A stretch of 64,000 nucleotides of DNA from Rhizophagus irregularis (taxonomy: Eukaryota): NCBI RefSeq assembly GCF_026210795.1, contig NC_089433.1, positions 4,774,001 to 4,838,000 of the forward strand, in the 5' to 3' direction. The notes under the pieces were generated by a model. The model saw nothing but the letters and a program-made list of their open reading frames with translations. It had not been told where the DNA came from and searched no databases. Positions 38,890-53,309 of this stretch are shown here, piece after piece (positions within the stretch are counted from its first letter, which is position 1; each line of letters opens with the position of its first letter). Made by a program: the position numbers and the translations under genes.

Positions 38890-40021
38890 ATTCTTTTTGT
38901 TTAAGAGTAATTAAGAGTAAATAATTAAGAGTAAAATTTTTTTTTCTCTCACTAATATACTCATGTCATACATATATATATTTAAATCTTTCACTATTTC
39001 CACAGCTAACTTCCGAAAATTTATTTTTTTTTCACTTCATATGGGAAGAAGCTCAACATTAAACAAAAAGGGGGAGGTAATTTTTAACTTTCAAAAAAAT
39101 ATTTTTTGTTTCACTTCATGTGGGAATTATTTTTTGTATTTCCATATTTAGAACATGTGTATAATTTTTTTGAAATAAATAATTACCTCATCCATATTTA
39201 CTGTATATACATTGTGTCATTACAATTACTAAACGATATTGTAATAACTGCGGTTTAAGGAGAAGATTAAACCTGAATATTTCCTAAGAAGGTAATTAAA
39301 CATCCATAATGTCATTGATAAATTAGTTAATGGGGCTTATAGATTAAATAAAATCATTTGCGTTAAAAAAAACTTTTTTTCATTCATTTTAACAATTATT
39401 TTTTATTTATTATATATAAATATATATCAGATATATATATATTTTTTGATTAATTAAGATTTCTACCAAATTAATCCTTAAACGTATTAGTAGATCATAA
39501 AAATTTTTTTTTTTTTAATGATCTTAAAAACATATCTTGATCATGCAGTTCATTAAGCCTCAATATTTAATAAACAATTATACTTTGTTTGCTAAAATTA
39601 GTCATTGCAAGCTTATCGATTATTAAATTATGTATGTTCAATCAATTATTTTTGAACACCTAAATAAATTAATTTTCGTAAAAAAAAAAAAATTTTTTTT
39701 TTCTTTACAATTATTTGTTTATGATCTTCGCAAATTATTCCTTAATCGTATATTATTAAGCCTCAGTATTTGATGTGGCTGAGATTTTTTTTTATATTAG
39801 TCTTAGGGGCTTATTGATTATCTTTTTTCGGATTTAATTAAATTTTTTTTTTTTACGTTACATGTCTTAATTTCATTTGTTAAATGTTACATGTCTTAAA
39901 ATTTATTTGTTAAAAAAAATCTTTTACACAAGATTACACAATTTTTTTTTTTTAAATTTAAATTATCTATAAATAAAACCAAAGTTCGCCAGGTGGGAGG
40001 GTGGGCCGCTACCCTACTCAA

Positions 40022-40080
40022 TAATGATTAATGACTAATGACTAATGACTAATGATTAATGATTAATGATTAATGATTAA
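40022..40080. repeat. Heptanucleotide microsatellite (TAATGAY)x8
   Basis: taatgat, taatgac x3, taatgat x4. Confidence 0.9.
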
Positions 40081-41626
40081 TTAAAATTTCACCCAAAGTA
40101 TTTCCTTAAACGTATGAGCAGATCGTTACCACAAAAGAGTATTTGTTGCAAGTGTTTTGAAGATCTTTGGATGGGAACTTCACGGAGTACCTATATAAAA
40201 ATAAAATATTTTATTTACTTAAATAACCTTTGCGTTACAAGGTACAAATAATAAAATAGGGAAAATGGAGGACTTGTTTTCTATCCTACGATAATGATCG
40301 TACCACGATGAAATTTTATTTTATGTAATTACATTTAATAGAATATTCGTTCAATCATTCAAATCATACCATTTACATGTTTCATTTTCATAACAAAAAA
40401 CTGAAAATTTTTTTTTCAAAAATCAGCTTCCTAATCTTAAGTACAAAGAAATTTTTTTAAAAAAAACATGAAAATTAAATAGAAAAAAAAAACCAAAATG
40501 AAAAAAAAAGTTATGAAATTGAAGCTCACCATACTGACCATAGTACTGCAGCACCTCGCTGAACCCGATCTGGGCCTAAAAAAAATGATGAAAAAAAAAA
40601 TAATTTAGTAAAAGAAAAATTATGAGATGAGAAAATGGTACTGCAATTATCTAATCCGTGAGCTAAGGGACGAAAAAAATTTTTTTTGATACATAAAAAC
40701 ATGAAAATTAATAAAAAAAAATCAAAATATAGCTTTTCGTAGTACCGCAGCACCGATTTGAACCTAAAAATTAATTAGCAAAAGAAATTATATAAAATAA
40801 TTTGCGAAATGAAAAGAAATGCTTACCATAGTGTTGGACCTGAAAGATGAAAAAGAAATTTTTTTTAGTAAAAGGAATTAAAAAAATACGAAATTCAGCA
40901 CTAACCGCAGCACAGCAAATTTTTTCTTGTAAAAAAAAAAAAATTTTTCTTTATGTATTAACTTAATCAAATCAAGTATAATAATGTAACGAACAAAGAC
41001 ACAAAAAAAAAGAAAAAAAATATCTAATTAGTAATCAATTACTATTGCTTAAGACAAGTGAAGAGAAAAAAAAATGTGTCAATTCTCCGCAGTACACCCA
41101 TATCATGTACAGATCTTTAAACATAGGTAATTAACAAACTATTATTTAAACTTTAATAAAATTACGTTATTTTGCGTTACCTTATCTGTTATATATAGCT
41201 TTTAACAATTGCAACAACTAACTACTAAAACATTTGAGTTTGCATCACTGGATTGGAGTGGAAACATTCATTTACGGTATCTATTTTTATTAATAGAAAC
41301 TAAAAAAATAAATATTTTTTTAATGAAATTAACCGTTCTTCGGTCATAATTTCAGTACTTTGGCTATATGGAATAGGATTAATGATGTACGACTCTTTCA
41401 AATAATGACTTCTATTTTATATAGAAAGATAATTTCTATGGGTTTTAATATGGCACCTCAATTTGCAAGATATTACAAATTTAAATTTGCTCAATTTATT
41501 TATGAAAAAATTTAAGATATATATATATTAATACAAAGTATTTCTTAACAAAAAATATAAAAATAAAATACTGCATATAAACTAATGTAATCTAATTCTA
41601 ACGATCGATCATTCCTGCTGCATAAT

Positions 41627-44600
41627 TTAAATATTACAGTCTAAACAACCAGTAAAAGAATTAAGTGATCGAGATATATAGACAGCCTGTGGATGAGTAG
41701 CTGATTGATTATTTTCATTTGATAAAAGATTCGCTTTTCTATATTCTTCTACTTCTTTGAATTGTTCTTCAATCTCATTATTTTGAAATTGTAAAACTGA
41801 TTCATATATTTCAAAAGAATTTGGTCTATTTTCTGGATTTGAGTCCCAACACTTTTTCATTAGATCACTGTAATATTTTGGTGCTTCTAGTTCATCGACT
41901 TCAGGCCTAATTCCATTACAAATGTCTAATACCAAAAGCGAATCATGTGAACAATTAGCAAAAGGCTGTCTTCCAGTTGCTGTAAAGTACATAATCATAC
42001 CAAAACTCTGCCGCTTGAGTATAAGGCTTTCCCCTTAACACTTCAGGAGCTACATAAGGCATAGTCCCATAAATTTTTGTTTTATCTATATTATCAACTT
42101 CTCCACATAATCCCATATCTGAAATAGACAACATATTACAATCAAACATGCTTATGTTATTAATAAAAAATAGTATATTTCCTGTATGTAAATCACGATG
42201 AACTATCTTTTTTTGATGAATCTCTTTAAGTCCATTACTAATATTATATAATGTATTTATTTTATACAACCAAGAAAAATTTCTGTAATTTCTGCTCATC
42301 CAATTATTAAAGTTTCCACCTTCTGCATATTCAAGGACCATAATATATTCTTTAGTATCCGGATTTTGAGATAATCCATATATTCTAAGAATATTGTTAC
42401 CATAATTATTTACCGAATATTTTTTGATCTGTTAAGCCATAAACAAAAATATTATTAATGTAAAAATAATAAATTAAAATTTATAAAGTAAATTACTATA
42501 CCTCATTTAAAAATTCGTTAGTAATATTTAGTGAGTTATATAAACATTTTAAAGCAACTTTTTTATTCGCCCGCTTTTTATCTGAATCATAATATGACGG
42601 TCCATCTTTCCATATAGCTGCATATACCGTAGCAAAACCACCTTTACCTATTTTTTTAATATTGTAAAACTGACTGTATGGTATCCAGCCAAATATAATA
42701 TCATAGGATTCATTGATTTTTGATTTCATTTCTTGAATTAAATTATCAATCTTTTCATTTCCACTTATCCGATTTTTTGTCATGTAATATACATCATTAG
42801 AAACTATAATGTATTCTCTTGTAATTGGATTTTGAGATATTCCATATATTTTTTCATTTCTATTAATTAATGATTGCTTAACCTATAATAAAAAAAATTA
42901 TGTTATATTGATAAAAAAATTTGAATTTAATTTATAGAGGAAGTAAGTACCTTGTTTAGAAACTCATCAATATTTTGTAAATTATATGAACATTTTAAAA
43001 CAACTTCTTTATCTGATTCTCTGATATATTTCTTGTTGTTCCAAATGATTCCCCAATATAATGGGCCATCTAACCATTTTGCTGAATATACCTTAGAAAA
43101 TTTATTTTTACTTACTTCTTTAATGTCATTAAACTGGTTGTATGGTATCCACTCAAATATAAAATCCAATGGATCATTGATTTCCATCCGCATTTTTCGA
43201 ATAAAATTATCGATTTTTTTATTTCCGCTTGTCCTTTTAAATAAATCTTTAATTTGACATGTTTTACACCATCTATAAGATATATTTGTATATTTTTCGT
43301 TACATTTTTCGCAATATACATCTTGAAAAGCCATAAGATAATCTTTTGTATTTGGATCTTGTGATATTCCGTATATCATATTATTTTTAATAATTAAGGA
43401 TTGTTTAACCTATATATAAATAAGATTATCATTATTAGGGTAAAAAGATTTAAATTAAATTATAAAGAAATTTCATACTTTGTTTAAAAATTCTTCAATA
43501 TTTTGTAAATTATGTAAATATTTTAGAGCAAGTTCTTTATCTGATCCTCTTATATATTTTTTTTTCTAATATCCCAAAATAATGGGCCATCCATCCATTT
43601 TGCTGAATATACCGTAGAAAATTTATTATTGTTTACTTCTTTAATATTATTAATCTGATTGTATGGTATCCACTCAAATACAATTTCCGACGGGTCATTA
43701 ATTTCTATCTGTTTTTCTTGAATAAAATTATCAATTTTTTCATTTCCACTGGTCCAATTAAGTAAATCTTTGATTTGACACGTCTTACACCATTTATAAG
43801 ATATATTTGTATAATCTTTGTTACATTTTTCGCAATGTATGTCTTGAATAACTATGATATAATAATTTGTATTTGGATCTTGTGACATTCCGTACATCAT
43901 ATTATTTTTAGTACTTAAGGATTGTTCAATCTATATAATAAAATGGATTATTATTATGATAAAAAAAGATTTAAATTAATTTATATGATAGAGAAATTTC
44001 ATACTTTGTTTAGAAATTCATCAATACGTTGTATATTATGTGAATATTTTAAAATAACTTCAACATCTGATCTTCTTATATATTTTTTATTCCAAGTTTC
44101 CCAATATAATGGTCCGTCTATCCATGTTGCTGAAAGACTATCTTCATTTTTTTCTTTAATGTTAGTAAACTGATTGTATGGAATCCACTCAAAAACATTA
44201 TTCCATGAGTAATTAATTTCTATTTGCTTTTCTTGAATAAAGTTATCAATTTTTTCATTTTCACTAGTCCAGTTAGTAAAATTTTCCCATAAATAAATTA
44301 TTGAACATTGTTTACACCATTTTTTATCTACATTCATATAAACTTTACTACATTTTATACAATATTTTTTATCTAGTTTTTCTTGAAAAGCTATTATATA
44401 TTTCCCTGTATCTGGGTTTTGAGATATTCCAAATACATCAAAATTAATTGAATGTTCTTTGACCTATTATATATATAAATAAATAAATTAATATTAAAAA
44501 AACACACATTAATTTTGTGTATAAATTACATACCTCATTTAAAAATTCACCAATACTTTGTTTATGTGGATATTTTAAAATAATTTCTATATCTGATCTT

Positions 44601-45420
44601 CTTACACATTTTTTATTCCAAGTATCCCAATATAAAGGACCATTTTTCCATTTTACTGAATATAATGTAAAAAGGTAATCTTTATTCAATTCTTTAATGT
44701 TAATAAACTGATTGTATGATATCCATTCAAATATTTTATCATCGTAATCACTGATTTTTAGTTGCATTTTTTGAATAAAATCATCAATCTTTTTATTTTT
44801 ACTAGTCCACTTTGTAAAATTTTCTTTTAAATAATCTATTGGGCATTTTTTGCACCATTTATGGTATATATTTGAATATTTTTTATTACATTTTTTACAG
44901 TATAAATCTTGAAAAACTATAATATAATCCATTGTATTTGGATTTGAGATATTCCGTATATATTTTTATTTTTGATATTTAAGGATTGTTTAACCTATAT
45001 AATATAATAAAAAAGATTATTATTATGGTAAAAAGATTTACATTAATTTATATGATAGAGAAAATTTCATACTTCGTTTAGAAATTCATCAATACTTTGT
45101 ATATTACGTGAATATTCCAAAACTACCCCAACATTTGATTTTCTTGTATAATTTTTATTCCTAGTTTCCCAATATAATGATCCGTCCATCCATATTGCTG
45201 AAAGACTATCTTCATTCATTTCCTTAATGTTAGTAAACTGATTGTATGGAATCCACTCAAATACAATATCCCGTATGTCTTTAATTTCTATTTGTTTTTT
45301 TTTGAATAAAGTTATCAATTTTTTCATTTCCACTTGTCCAATTAGTAAAATTTTTCCTAAAATAATGGAGTTGGCATTGCCTGTATATAAATATACGTTT
45401 TTCATAATAAATTCTTGCAT
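41627..45420 (-). pseudogene. Kinase gene with six tandem intron-delimited N-lobe modules before one C-lobe, multiple frameshifts
   Basis: Repeated (CxxC..WCxxC)..WTSGNEKIDNFIQ..FEWIPYNQF..W.DGP..LK..EFLN(E/K) | intron | YGISQ.P.T modules. Terminal HRDLHTGN, SDMGL and PYVAPE. Frameshifts near 45300, 44945, 43555 and 42005 (DIYS motif deleted). Confidence 0.88.
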
Positions 45421-48102
45421 ATGATAATATTATAAAGGTGACAGACAATTATGTCAATTGCAGCAATAAAGATAATTACGATATGATAAGTATCCATTTC
45501 TTAATATTAGAAATAAAAAAAGTAGGATTTATAATGAATACTTTTGTAAAGATTGAATATATTTATTTTTTTTGTATGGAGTATATAGCAATTTGTATAT
45601 TACAATTTAAAAATTGCGTGCATGGTTTACGCCAACCTGCATTATTTAACGCCAAATTGAAGCCTGCAGATCAATTATAATTTAGAGAATTTTCCGATTC
45701 ATTGTTAATTATTTGATTCAGTGATACTCACAAGAAATTATAAAGTAGTTGGCTTATCTTACAGGTCATATATTATTTCGTACTGTTTAATTTTTTAAAA
45801 TTTTATGCACAACCACTTTAGGCCAGTTTCTTTTTTACGTCCTTCTATTCCTTAAAGTTTTTACGTTAGTATATCTACGGATAACCTCTCACAAGCAGAA
45901 CTACTATTTTACGTCTTTACAAACCTATAGAATTCTACCAACTTTCTTTCACTTTTCGCAAATTGCCACCAGCTGTGGGATGTGATCGCTGAGGAAGTGA
46001 TACAATCAACTCACATGAACGGGCGTGATATTACCTATTACGTTTAGATTCGTCATGAAAAACAACGAAGACTTGCTTCCAATAAAAATATGAGTCATGT
46101 TATAAGCACATTTCTCACGTTCGTCTTTTCCTATAATCACCAATTTCTGTGGATAAATATTTCCGACGAACTATGTACAAAGATTATTAAAAGATAAAGT
46201 AGTAGCTTTACCGCCTTTACGAAACAGAATATATTCAACATCAGATAAAAATCGAAAAACGAAGACTTAACAAGTTTTCGTACAAAAAATATATCATATT
46301 TCTGGGTTTTTTATTTTCAGTGTTCTTGGAACCAGCTGGCGTTGCACAAAACACCATAATATCACATGCGACCGATCGCATTCCACGTGATCACAAATTT
46401 TACGTTCAATAAACTTAAAGTCCATAACAAACGCCTTGGAATTGAATACACTTGCACTATCAGGCGGTACACAGATCCACCATGGAAAAGAGATCTATCG
46501 TAAGCTATACCGATTAATGAAATTCGACATTATGAACGTTGGAAGTTTGAACCGCATAACTTTGTCTCTGACGATAAGGTGGTTTAATAAATTTTTATTT
46601 ATTAAATTTTTAAAAAAAAATAATTAATATTTTTTTTTCCATTACAAAATTCCATATATACAGTATCTATTTTTTTTTTTCACTATATATAAATTCTGTA
46701 ATTAGGTATTTATGAAATAAATATATTAATTATGGCGCAGCAAATGTCATGTGATAGTACGCGAAAAATCATAAAATGTGGGATTTTTAAGTGCGGGACT
46801 GTGGCGGGTTAAAATTGATAAAATAGGTGGAAATAAATAAAATAAATAAATTTATTATAAACGCAAAATTTATATGTTAATTTGATCGGTTAATCGATCA
46901 TTATTTTCCGATCGACTAGTTACGTAAAACTTTTCTGTACCCACCCCTAAAATATTACCTATAATTAAATATTTTTTACGAGAATATTAGAAAAAAGATA
47001 TGGTTAAAAATTTGAAGAAGTGAATAAAATAGAAAAGGATAAAGGTATAAATTTAAAGGATAAAAGAAAGCGTAAAAATGCGATGGATAACGGGAAAGTA
47101 GAATAAAATAAAAAAATTAAGAAAATTGAAAAAACAAACGAAAATAAAAAAATTGGAAAATATGATTCGTTTAGTAACAAAAGATAGATTAATAAGTAAA
47201 GGAAAATCAATTAAAAACACGTGTAGTACGGTAATAAAACAGTTATATTAACGTAGTGTAATAGGACTAAATTAAATTATATAATTATTAGTATAGTTCT
47301 TTAATATATAGATAGATTTTAGGATAGACTGGGTTTAGTTATAGAGGATAACTTGATTTTAATTTTGTCATTTTCTAGGTATTTTGCATAATTATGTAAT
47401 CAATATAATTGATCTTAATTAATAAATGCGTTACTAAATTTAAAAAAACCTATAATTAAATATTTAAATTATTCATTTTAATATGATTTGTTTAAATTCA
47501 TTAGTCGATACATAACGAATAATCAATACATTATACATTTTTCATATTTATAACTTCAAAAGAATACATTTCATACAACTTTATAAGCAGGGCATAAAAT
47601 TAAAAATTAAAATTATTATCATCATTATTCCTTTATTCTGTTTTTTTAACGACTTTATCTATGATCTGATGCTTTAATACATTTTTGTGTATGTAACAAC
47701 GAACACTATTGCAAGGTTTACTTACATCTATTATTGCAGTATAATAATTTTTAATAAAATAATTCCATTATAAACATGAAAAAGAATAATAAGCACAAGA
47801 ACCAGACGCATTTTAAATAAAGATTATATTTATTGCGTCATAAAATTTTTTTTAAACGATCAAAATTAATTATTTATTTTAAAAATTAAGTATCAGATTA
47901 CATTAGCTAATACATATAATATATATTTAAATTTGCCATTGTATAATAGTATACTAGTTTTATATCTCTATTCTATCACATTTGATAAGTTATAAATGTA
48001 TAATTTTACCAAAAAAAATTAAATATGTATTATATTTGGTACAATATCTATGTAATGTACGTAACAATTTAAAAAGCTACTTTATATTTAGCAGTAATAA
48101 TG

Positions 48103-48819
48103 TTACAAAAATGTCTTTTTACCCTCTTTAATCATATATGGACGGTCTGAATCAGAAGATTTTAATCTTTTGTGGATAGCATTAGGACATTGGCTACCCA
48201 AACCATCACTGCTGCAACATTTACTGACACCACCTATACTAGTGCAGCATAAATTACAGCAAGTTTGAAAGGTATCAAGGTTACATGCATCAAGTAGAGC
48301 ACAAACAGGTTTGCAAGTGGGAGTATTGGTGGAGAATATACTGGTGATAGTGGTAGTAGCAATTGCAGTGGAGGTTGCAAAAGCGGTGGTGGTTACAGTT
48401 TTGGGCTTTTGACATGGCAAGGTAACGGTTGGAGTACAATAGACGGTAACTTTGCACTTTTTACATTCGTTATACCTCTTTTTGCACCTTTTGTCATGTT
48501 TATTCCTGCACCTTTTACATTTACTACATTTGGAAGATTGATAGACTTTTTTATCAGGAATACATTTAACCCGGTTATTCGTTCTTTTTACAATAGCTGG
48601 GAGTACTGTGACGGTTGAAGTTGTGACTGTAGTTGTTGTGGACGTAGTTGTAGTTATAGACGTAGTAGTGGTGGTAGTAGCCTTTGGGCAATTTGTAGGG
48701 CGAATGGTCTTAGTATAATGCCGTGTTTTGGTAACGGTAGTGCAATGTCCAGTTACTACAGGCAACAAATAAAAGAGTGTCAAGAAGAGAAAGCCTAATA
48801 AACTTCTATTCAACCACAT
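48103..48819 (-). CDS. Secreted Thr-rich/Cys-rich protein (candidate effector or cell-wall protein), 238 aa
   Basis: Single-exon ORF with signal-peptide-like MWLNRSLLGFLFLTLFYLLPVVTG, two Thr-rich tracts, a basic Cys/Lys-rich core, a CC-rich C-terminal module, 21 Cys and several KR sites. Confidence 0.85.
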   Translation of the reverse strand: MWLNRSLLGFLFLTLFYLLPVVTGHCTTVTKTRHYTKTIRPTNCPKATTTTTTSITTTTSTTTTVTTSTVTVLPAIVKRTNNRVKCIPDKKVYQSSKCSKCKRCRNKHDKRCKKRYNECKKCKVTVYCTPTVTLPCQKPKTVTTTAFATSTAIATTTITSIFSTNTPTCKPVCALLDACNLDTFQTCCNLCCTSIGGVSKCCSSDGLGSQCPNAIHKRLKSSDSDRPYMIKEGKKTFL

Positions 48820-50139
48820 TTTGGAAAGGACAGTTGTAAGAGAATGAGTGAAATATTAGGAGATAAGATTAAACTTCGAAAAATGAAAGATAAGTCTCAA
48901 GTCTCATTTTTTTCGTATATTTATAGAAAAAATATCAGATATGATCTAAAAAATATGATCTACTAGTTAATACTACATAGATATTGTATGTAATAAAACT
49001 TGCTTTAATATATGATCGACCTTTAGAGCCAATATGATCTATGAATCAAACGCACGCAACGAACGTTTATGATTATAATTACCATATATAGTATTTAAAG
49101 ATGTTAATCGTTTGTTTGTTTGTTCAAATTAATAAATCTTGCCTCAATAAATGATCGACAATATAACATATTAATAATTACGTTACACATAATGTAACTG
49201 GTGTATCCCAGCTATTTATAACATTTATACCAATTTAAATTTAACCGTGTTAGTTATCATAACGGATAATAGATAAAGTAGTATAATTGTAACCTTATGG
49301 TAATACGCCACCTAATATTCCGTGCGCTTAATAACTACTTTGTTCCAGCGAAGATACTTTATAATAGCCGAATTCAATAAAAGATTGGATGGTTAAAATT
49401 TTAACCAATTTTAACCCATAAATAAACCGGAACCATTCAAAATCTCGACGATCAGAACGCAAAACCTGATGTTCATCCTAAAAATTTAAAAAATCTCGAA
49501 ACTTAATTATTCCTGAATCCTAACACTCATTTATCCCGAAACATTATCTTTTTTATTAATTTTATATTTCGCAAATTTCGCAAAAATATGGTTTGGTTTT
49601 TTTATTACATAATCAATGATTTTTAATAATATGTAAAAATTTTGTAAAAAATCTAACGATTTATATTAATACTATTAAGTATCAGGACAATGAATATTTG
49701 AATAATGAGTGTTAAGTTTCATTCGGGATTATGATTGTGAATGGCGAATGCCGAATTTGTGTTATAAGGGCGTCAAATTCAAATACATGAAATAGCATAG
49801 GTGTTACGATAACATGCACGTCATTTGAGTGGTTCGCAGCTTTGTCACCTTATTATCACGTGACTTGCTTGTATGTGATGTTTAACCGTACACTACATAC
49901 ATAGCCAATCATACACTACATGACTACATGTACTCATTTTAGCGTATAGGAATTAGATGTGGTATAGTTTTTATTTTTAGTTTAGGTTTTTTTTTTTAAT
50001 ATTGGGCATTATTATATACATTTGTATTTATCGATACTTATTGACAAGTTTTAATATAAAAAAAAAATTTAAAAAATTTTTTAGGATAGAATTTTAAATT
50101 TTAAGATATTAGTAGAGATAGATTTGTCTTATCGACTAG

Positions 50140-50353
50140 TAGTGTTTCGATCCGGATAAAACATCAAATATTTTAACGTGGGATTATGATTAAAAAAGGT
50201 TACAAATTTCGGCTTTGAGTGGACTATAATTTCGGCCAGAATTAAAATAATATTATTCCATAAATTTTTATTAATTTTGGTGGTCCCAGCCTAAATTAAC
50301 CGAGCCGGTATCCGGATAAAAACCGGATAAAACCGCTACGGATCGAAACTCTA
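50140..50353. mobile_element. hAT-type MITE, 214 bp
   Basis: TIR TAGTGTTTCGATCCG versus TAGAGTTTCGATCCG (14/15), perfect 8-bp TSD TCGACTAG (50132-50139 and 50354-50361), and CCGGATAAAA subterminal repeats. Confidence 0.93.
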
Positions 50354-50987
50354 TCGACTAGATTAGGAGAATTAATGTAGTTTAACTCAAATATTCTTTA
50401 CATATGTATATCTTAGCTAGCACTTTTATCCTTTTAACTTTATTATTAGCATTAGTTAGGTCAAAATTTTTGGTAGGGAAGGAGCGTAAGTATTTTATTT
50501 ATATATATATTTTTGTAATGTGTCTTTTGTTCTTAAAATACTCTGTTATATGGTTGTCACGTGATTTGCACGGTCGGCTCTAAGTATGGATTATGATCTT
50601 ATTTTCAATATACATCCGAATAAAGATGCGTTACAGTTTAAAAAAATAAAAAATAAAAAATATTTTTTTTTTTTTCGCGAAATTAATTATTAATGTATCT
50701 TTGCAAATTTGTATTTCATACATAACTTAAATTCAAGATCGAATTATAACATTATGCATTTACTATACGCTGCCTTGATAAGATATTACATAACTACATG
50801 TTATTAGTAAATATTTAATTATACTAAGTAAAATACTTGTTTGTATCGTTAACGTTGATTTTATGGTCACAAATATTTTGTCTTTGTCTTGGTATTCAAT
50901 TATTTTTACAAATTAATAAAGAAATGTCTAATCAAAAGCTACTTAATTTATTTATTATTATTTTCCTAAAAATATAATTATTTATTT

Positions 50988-51337
50988 CAAGCAAACCTCG
51001 TTAGTCCCAAACTCCAGTCCCACAAAAAAGGAAGAATTAACGAATTTCTTAATATAACGAACCTATCAGTGTTGTACCAATTTTATCATGCAAAAAATCT
51101 CGCTATACTGAAGATTACTAATTAAATATCGTATACCGTATATATAAATGACTCTTATTATACCGAATTTTTTTAATACCGAATTTTGTGTGATATGCAA
51201 ATATTATACAATTCACCGCAGTATACCAAATTTTCCCGAGTTATACTAGATTTTCACATCATATTAATGAATTTTTCTTATAACGAAGGTTTTGATTGGC
51301 TAAACCACCAACTTCGTTATAAAGCGAGTATACTATA
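50988..51337. mobile_element. Possible decayed Tc1/mariner-like MITE
   Basis: Right end reads TATAGTATACTCGCTTTATAACGAA on the minus strand, with several internal ATA(A/C)CGAA motifs. The left end is poorly conserved. Confidence 0.35.
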
Positions 51338-51368
51338 TAAAGAATACTATGATAAAAAACAACTTATA

Positions 51369-51680
51369 AAGGAAATAAAATTTGTGCGCACCCGCGCATG
51401 TGCGCACCCCTCCATTTTTGGTAATTTTTATATAGTAAATTTGTCGATCATTAATTATCACATGATTTTAGTAAAATCCCGATTTTTTTAAATATTCATG
51501 CTGCAACTCTCATGTACATATTATAGAGCCTTAAAAATTTATTTACTATGCGTAATTTTGCATATTCTACAACTTTACTTAATGAGCCATGAAGGGTTTA
51601 GAATGTCATTTTTGACTTTTATATATAATATATCCATGGGGGTGCGCACATGCGCAGGTGCGCACAAATTTTAAACCCTT
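51369..51680. mobile_element. MITE with about 42-bp GC-rich TIRs
   Basis: TAAAATTTGTGCGCACCCGCGCATGTGCGCACCCC (51376-51410) versus reverse complement of the right end TAAAATTTGTGCGCACCTGCGCATGTGCGCACCCC. TA-rich flanks; TSD ambiguous. Confidence 0.88.
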
Positions 51681-53309
51681 ATATAAATTATAAAGGAATT
51701 TAACAAACGTGATTAAAATATATCATAAAATACTCTCCCTTCAAAGTGGGTATGATTTCTCAGTCCTTTCAATTGTACTACTAATTTAAATACTTATACA
51801 GTATTTGTAGTAGGAATTCTTTTAATTTTTTTTTTTGTTATATTTTGTCTTTTCCTATCTCATGTATTATTTACTACGTAGTTTCCGTATTTTGTTTGTT
51901 ATAATTTCAAAGGTATGATATTGTTTAAATTCATATATAATATAATCCGTTTAATAAAATAAAAAAAAACGGATTATTTTTATGTCGATGACCATTACTA
52001 GGAAACGCACATTGTCATGTGCCGGAAGATCATTAGTCCTTCGGACTAAATCTTACAAGGATGTGATCAGCACCAATCGTTTCGTTATATCGGTTAATTT
52101 TAATTTTTTTTTTATTTGACCCCAAAATGGAACCAGACAAGACCTCGAGTTATATATGTAGGTCAGGGGAGATCGGCTCACATTTACTATTAGCTCTACG
52201 CATTTCTTCAGGCCGGCACTATGTAATGCTAGTCGGAATTATCCACAAATGGAAGCGATCTACATGATTTTGGCTCATTCTAAGTAAATAACCAGGACTG
52301 ACCTTTCTATGGTCCTAACCAGACACATTTTCGATTTTTTACGATTTCTGGTGTTACGCGAAAATCATACGTGCGATCCGGACGATTTTTGCCGTGATAC
52401 CGACAAACGTTAGAATTTTCTTTATAATTTATTTTTATGAAAAATTAGACGCAAATTATTTGAAATGAAAAATATTCAAAATATATTTGTTTTATTAAAA
52501 TTTAATACTTTAAATATAGTAAAAATAAATAAAAATAATTAGAAATTAATATTGAGATTTGGTAAAATTCGATTCTTGTAAAATCTACAAAATAAAAATA
52601 ATATTTATTAACATTAATTTGATCTTGGGTTTAGTGTTATATATTTTCCAGTGAGTTTTTAGTAATGTGTACACATGCATGAAGAATTACTGAAATATAT
52701 TCATAATAAATTACTTCATTGCTTTTAGTGACTGTCCCCATATTGGATAACTTGATATTTATATCTTTAAGGCAATGTAAAAATTGGTTTTGTGAATTAC
52801 TTCATTATATTAATCAAAGAGAAAAAATATTATTTGGTAAAAACTACAGTATATCTTTTATTTGACCAACTTCTTCTTAGTACAGACTACAGAGAATGTA
52901 CAACCATCAATCTTCTTTTTGTGAATAATTTCTATTTGATCCCTAAGTTCCATTCTTGCAAAAAAAGGATCAAAACAGCACTTCCATCAGGCATACCATA
53001 ATCTCAAAAATCTTTCTTGCTCATGTTATCATACCCTAAGATTCATTCTTGCAAAAAAGAGATTGAAACAGCAATTCCATTAGTCATAATCTCATTTAAA
53101 ATTTTTTTTTACTTTATTTTCAATATTCTTTATTAAAATAAAAGGAAATATACTGTATAATATATTTTAGAAGTAAAAAAAAAAAATTAACATTATTGTT
53201 ATTCTAACTGATAATGATTCTTAACTGTATAATAAGTTCTGAATATTGATTATGATTGTATATTAAACATTGGCTGTATATCTCCAATAAGATTTGGTTT
53301 AAGTTGATC

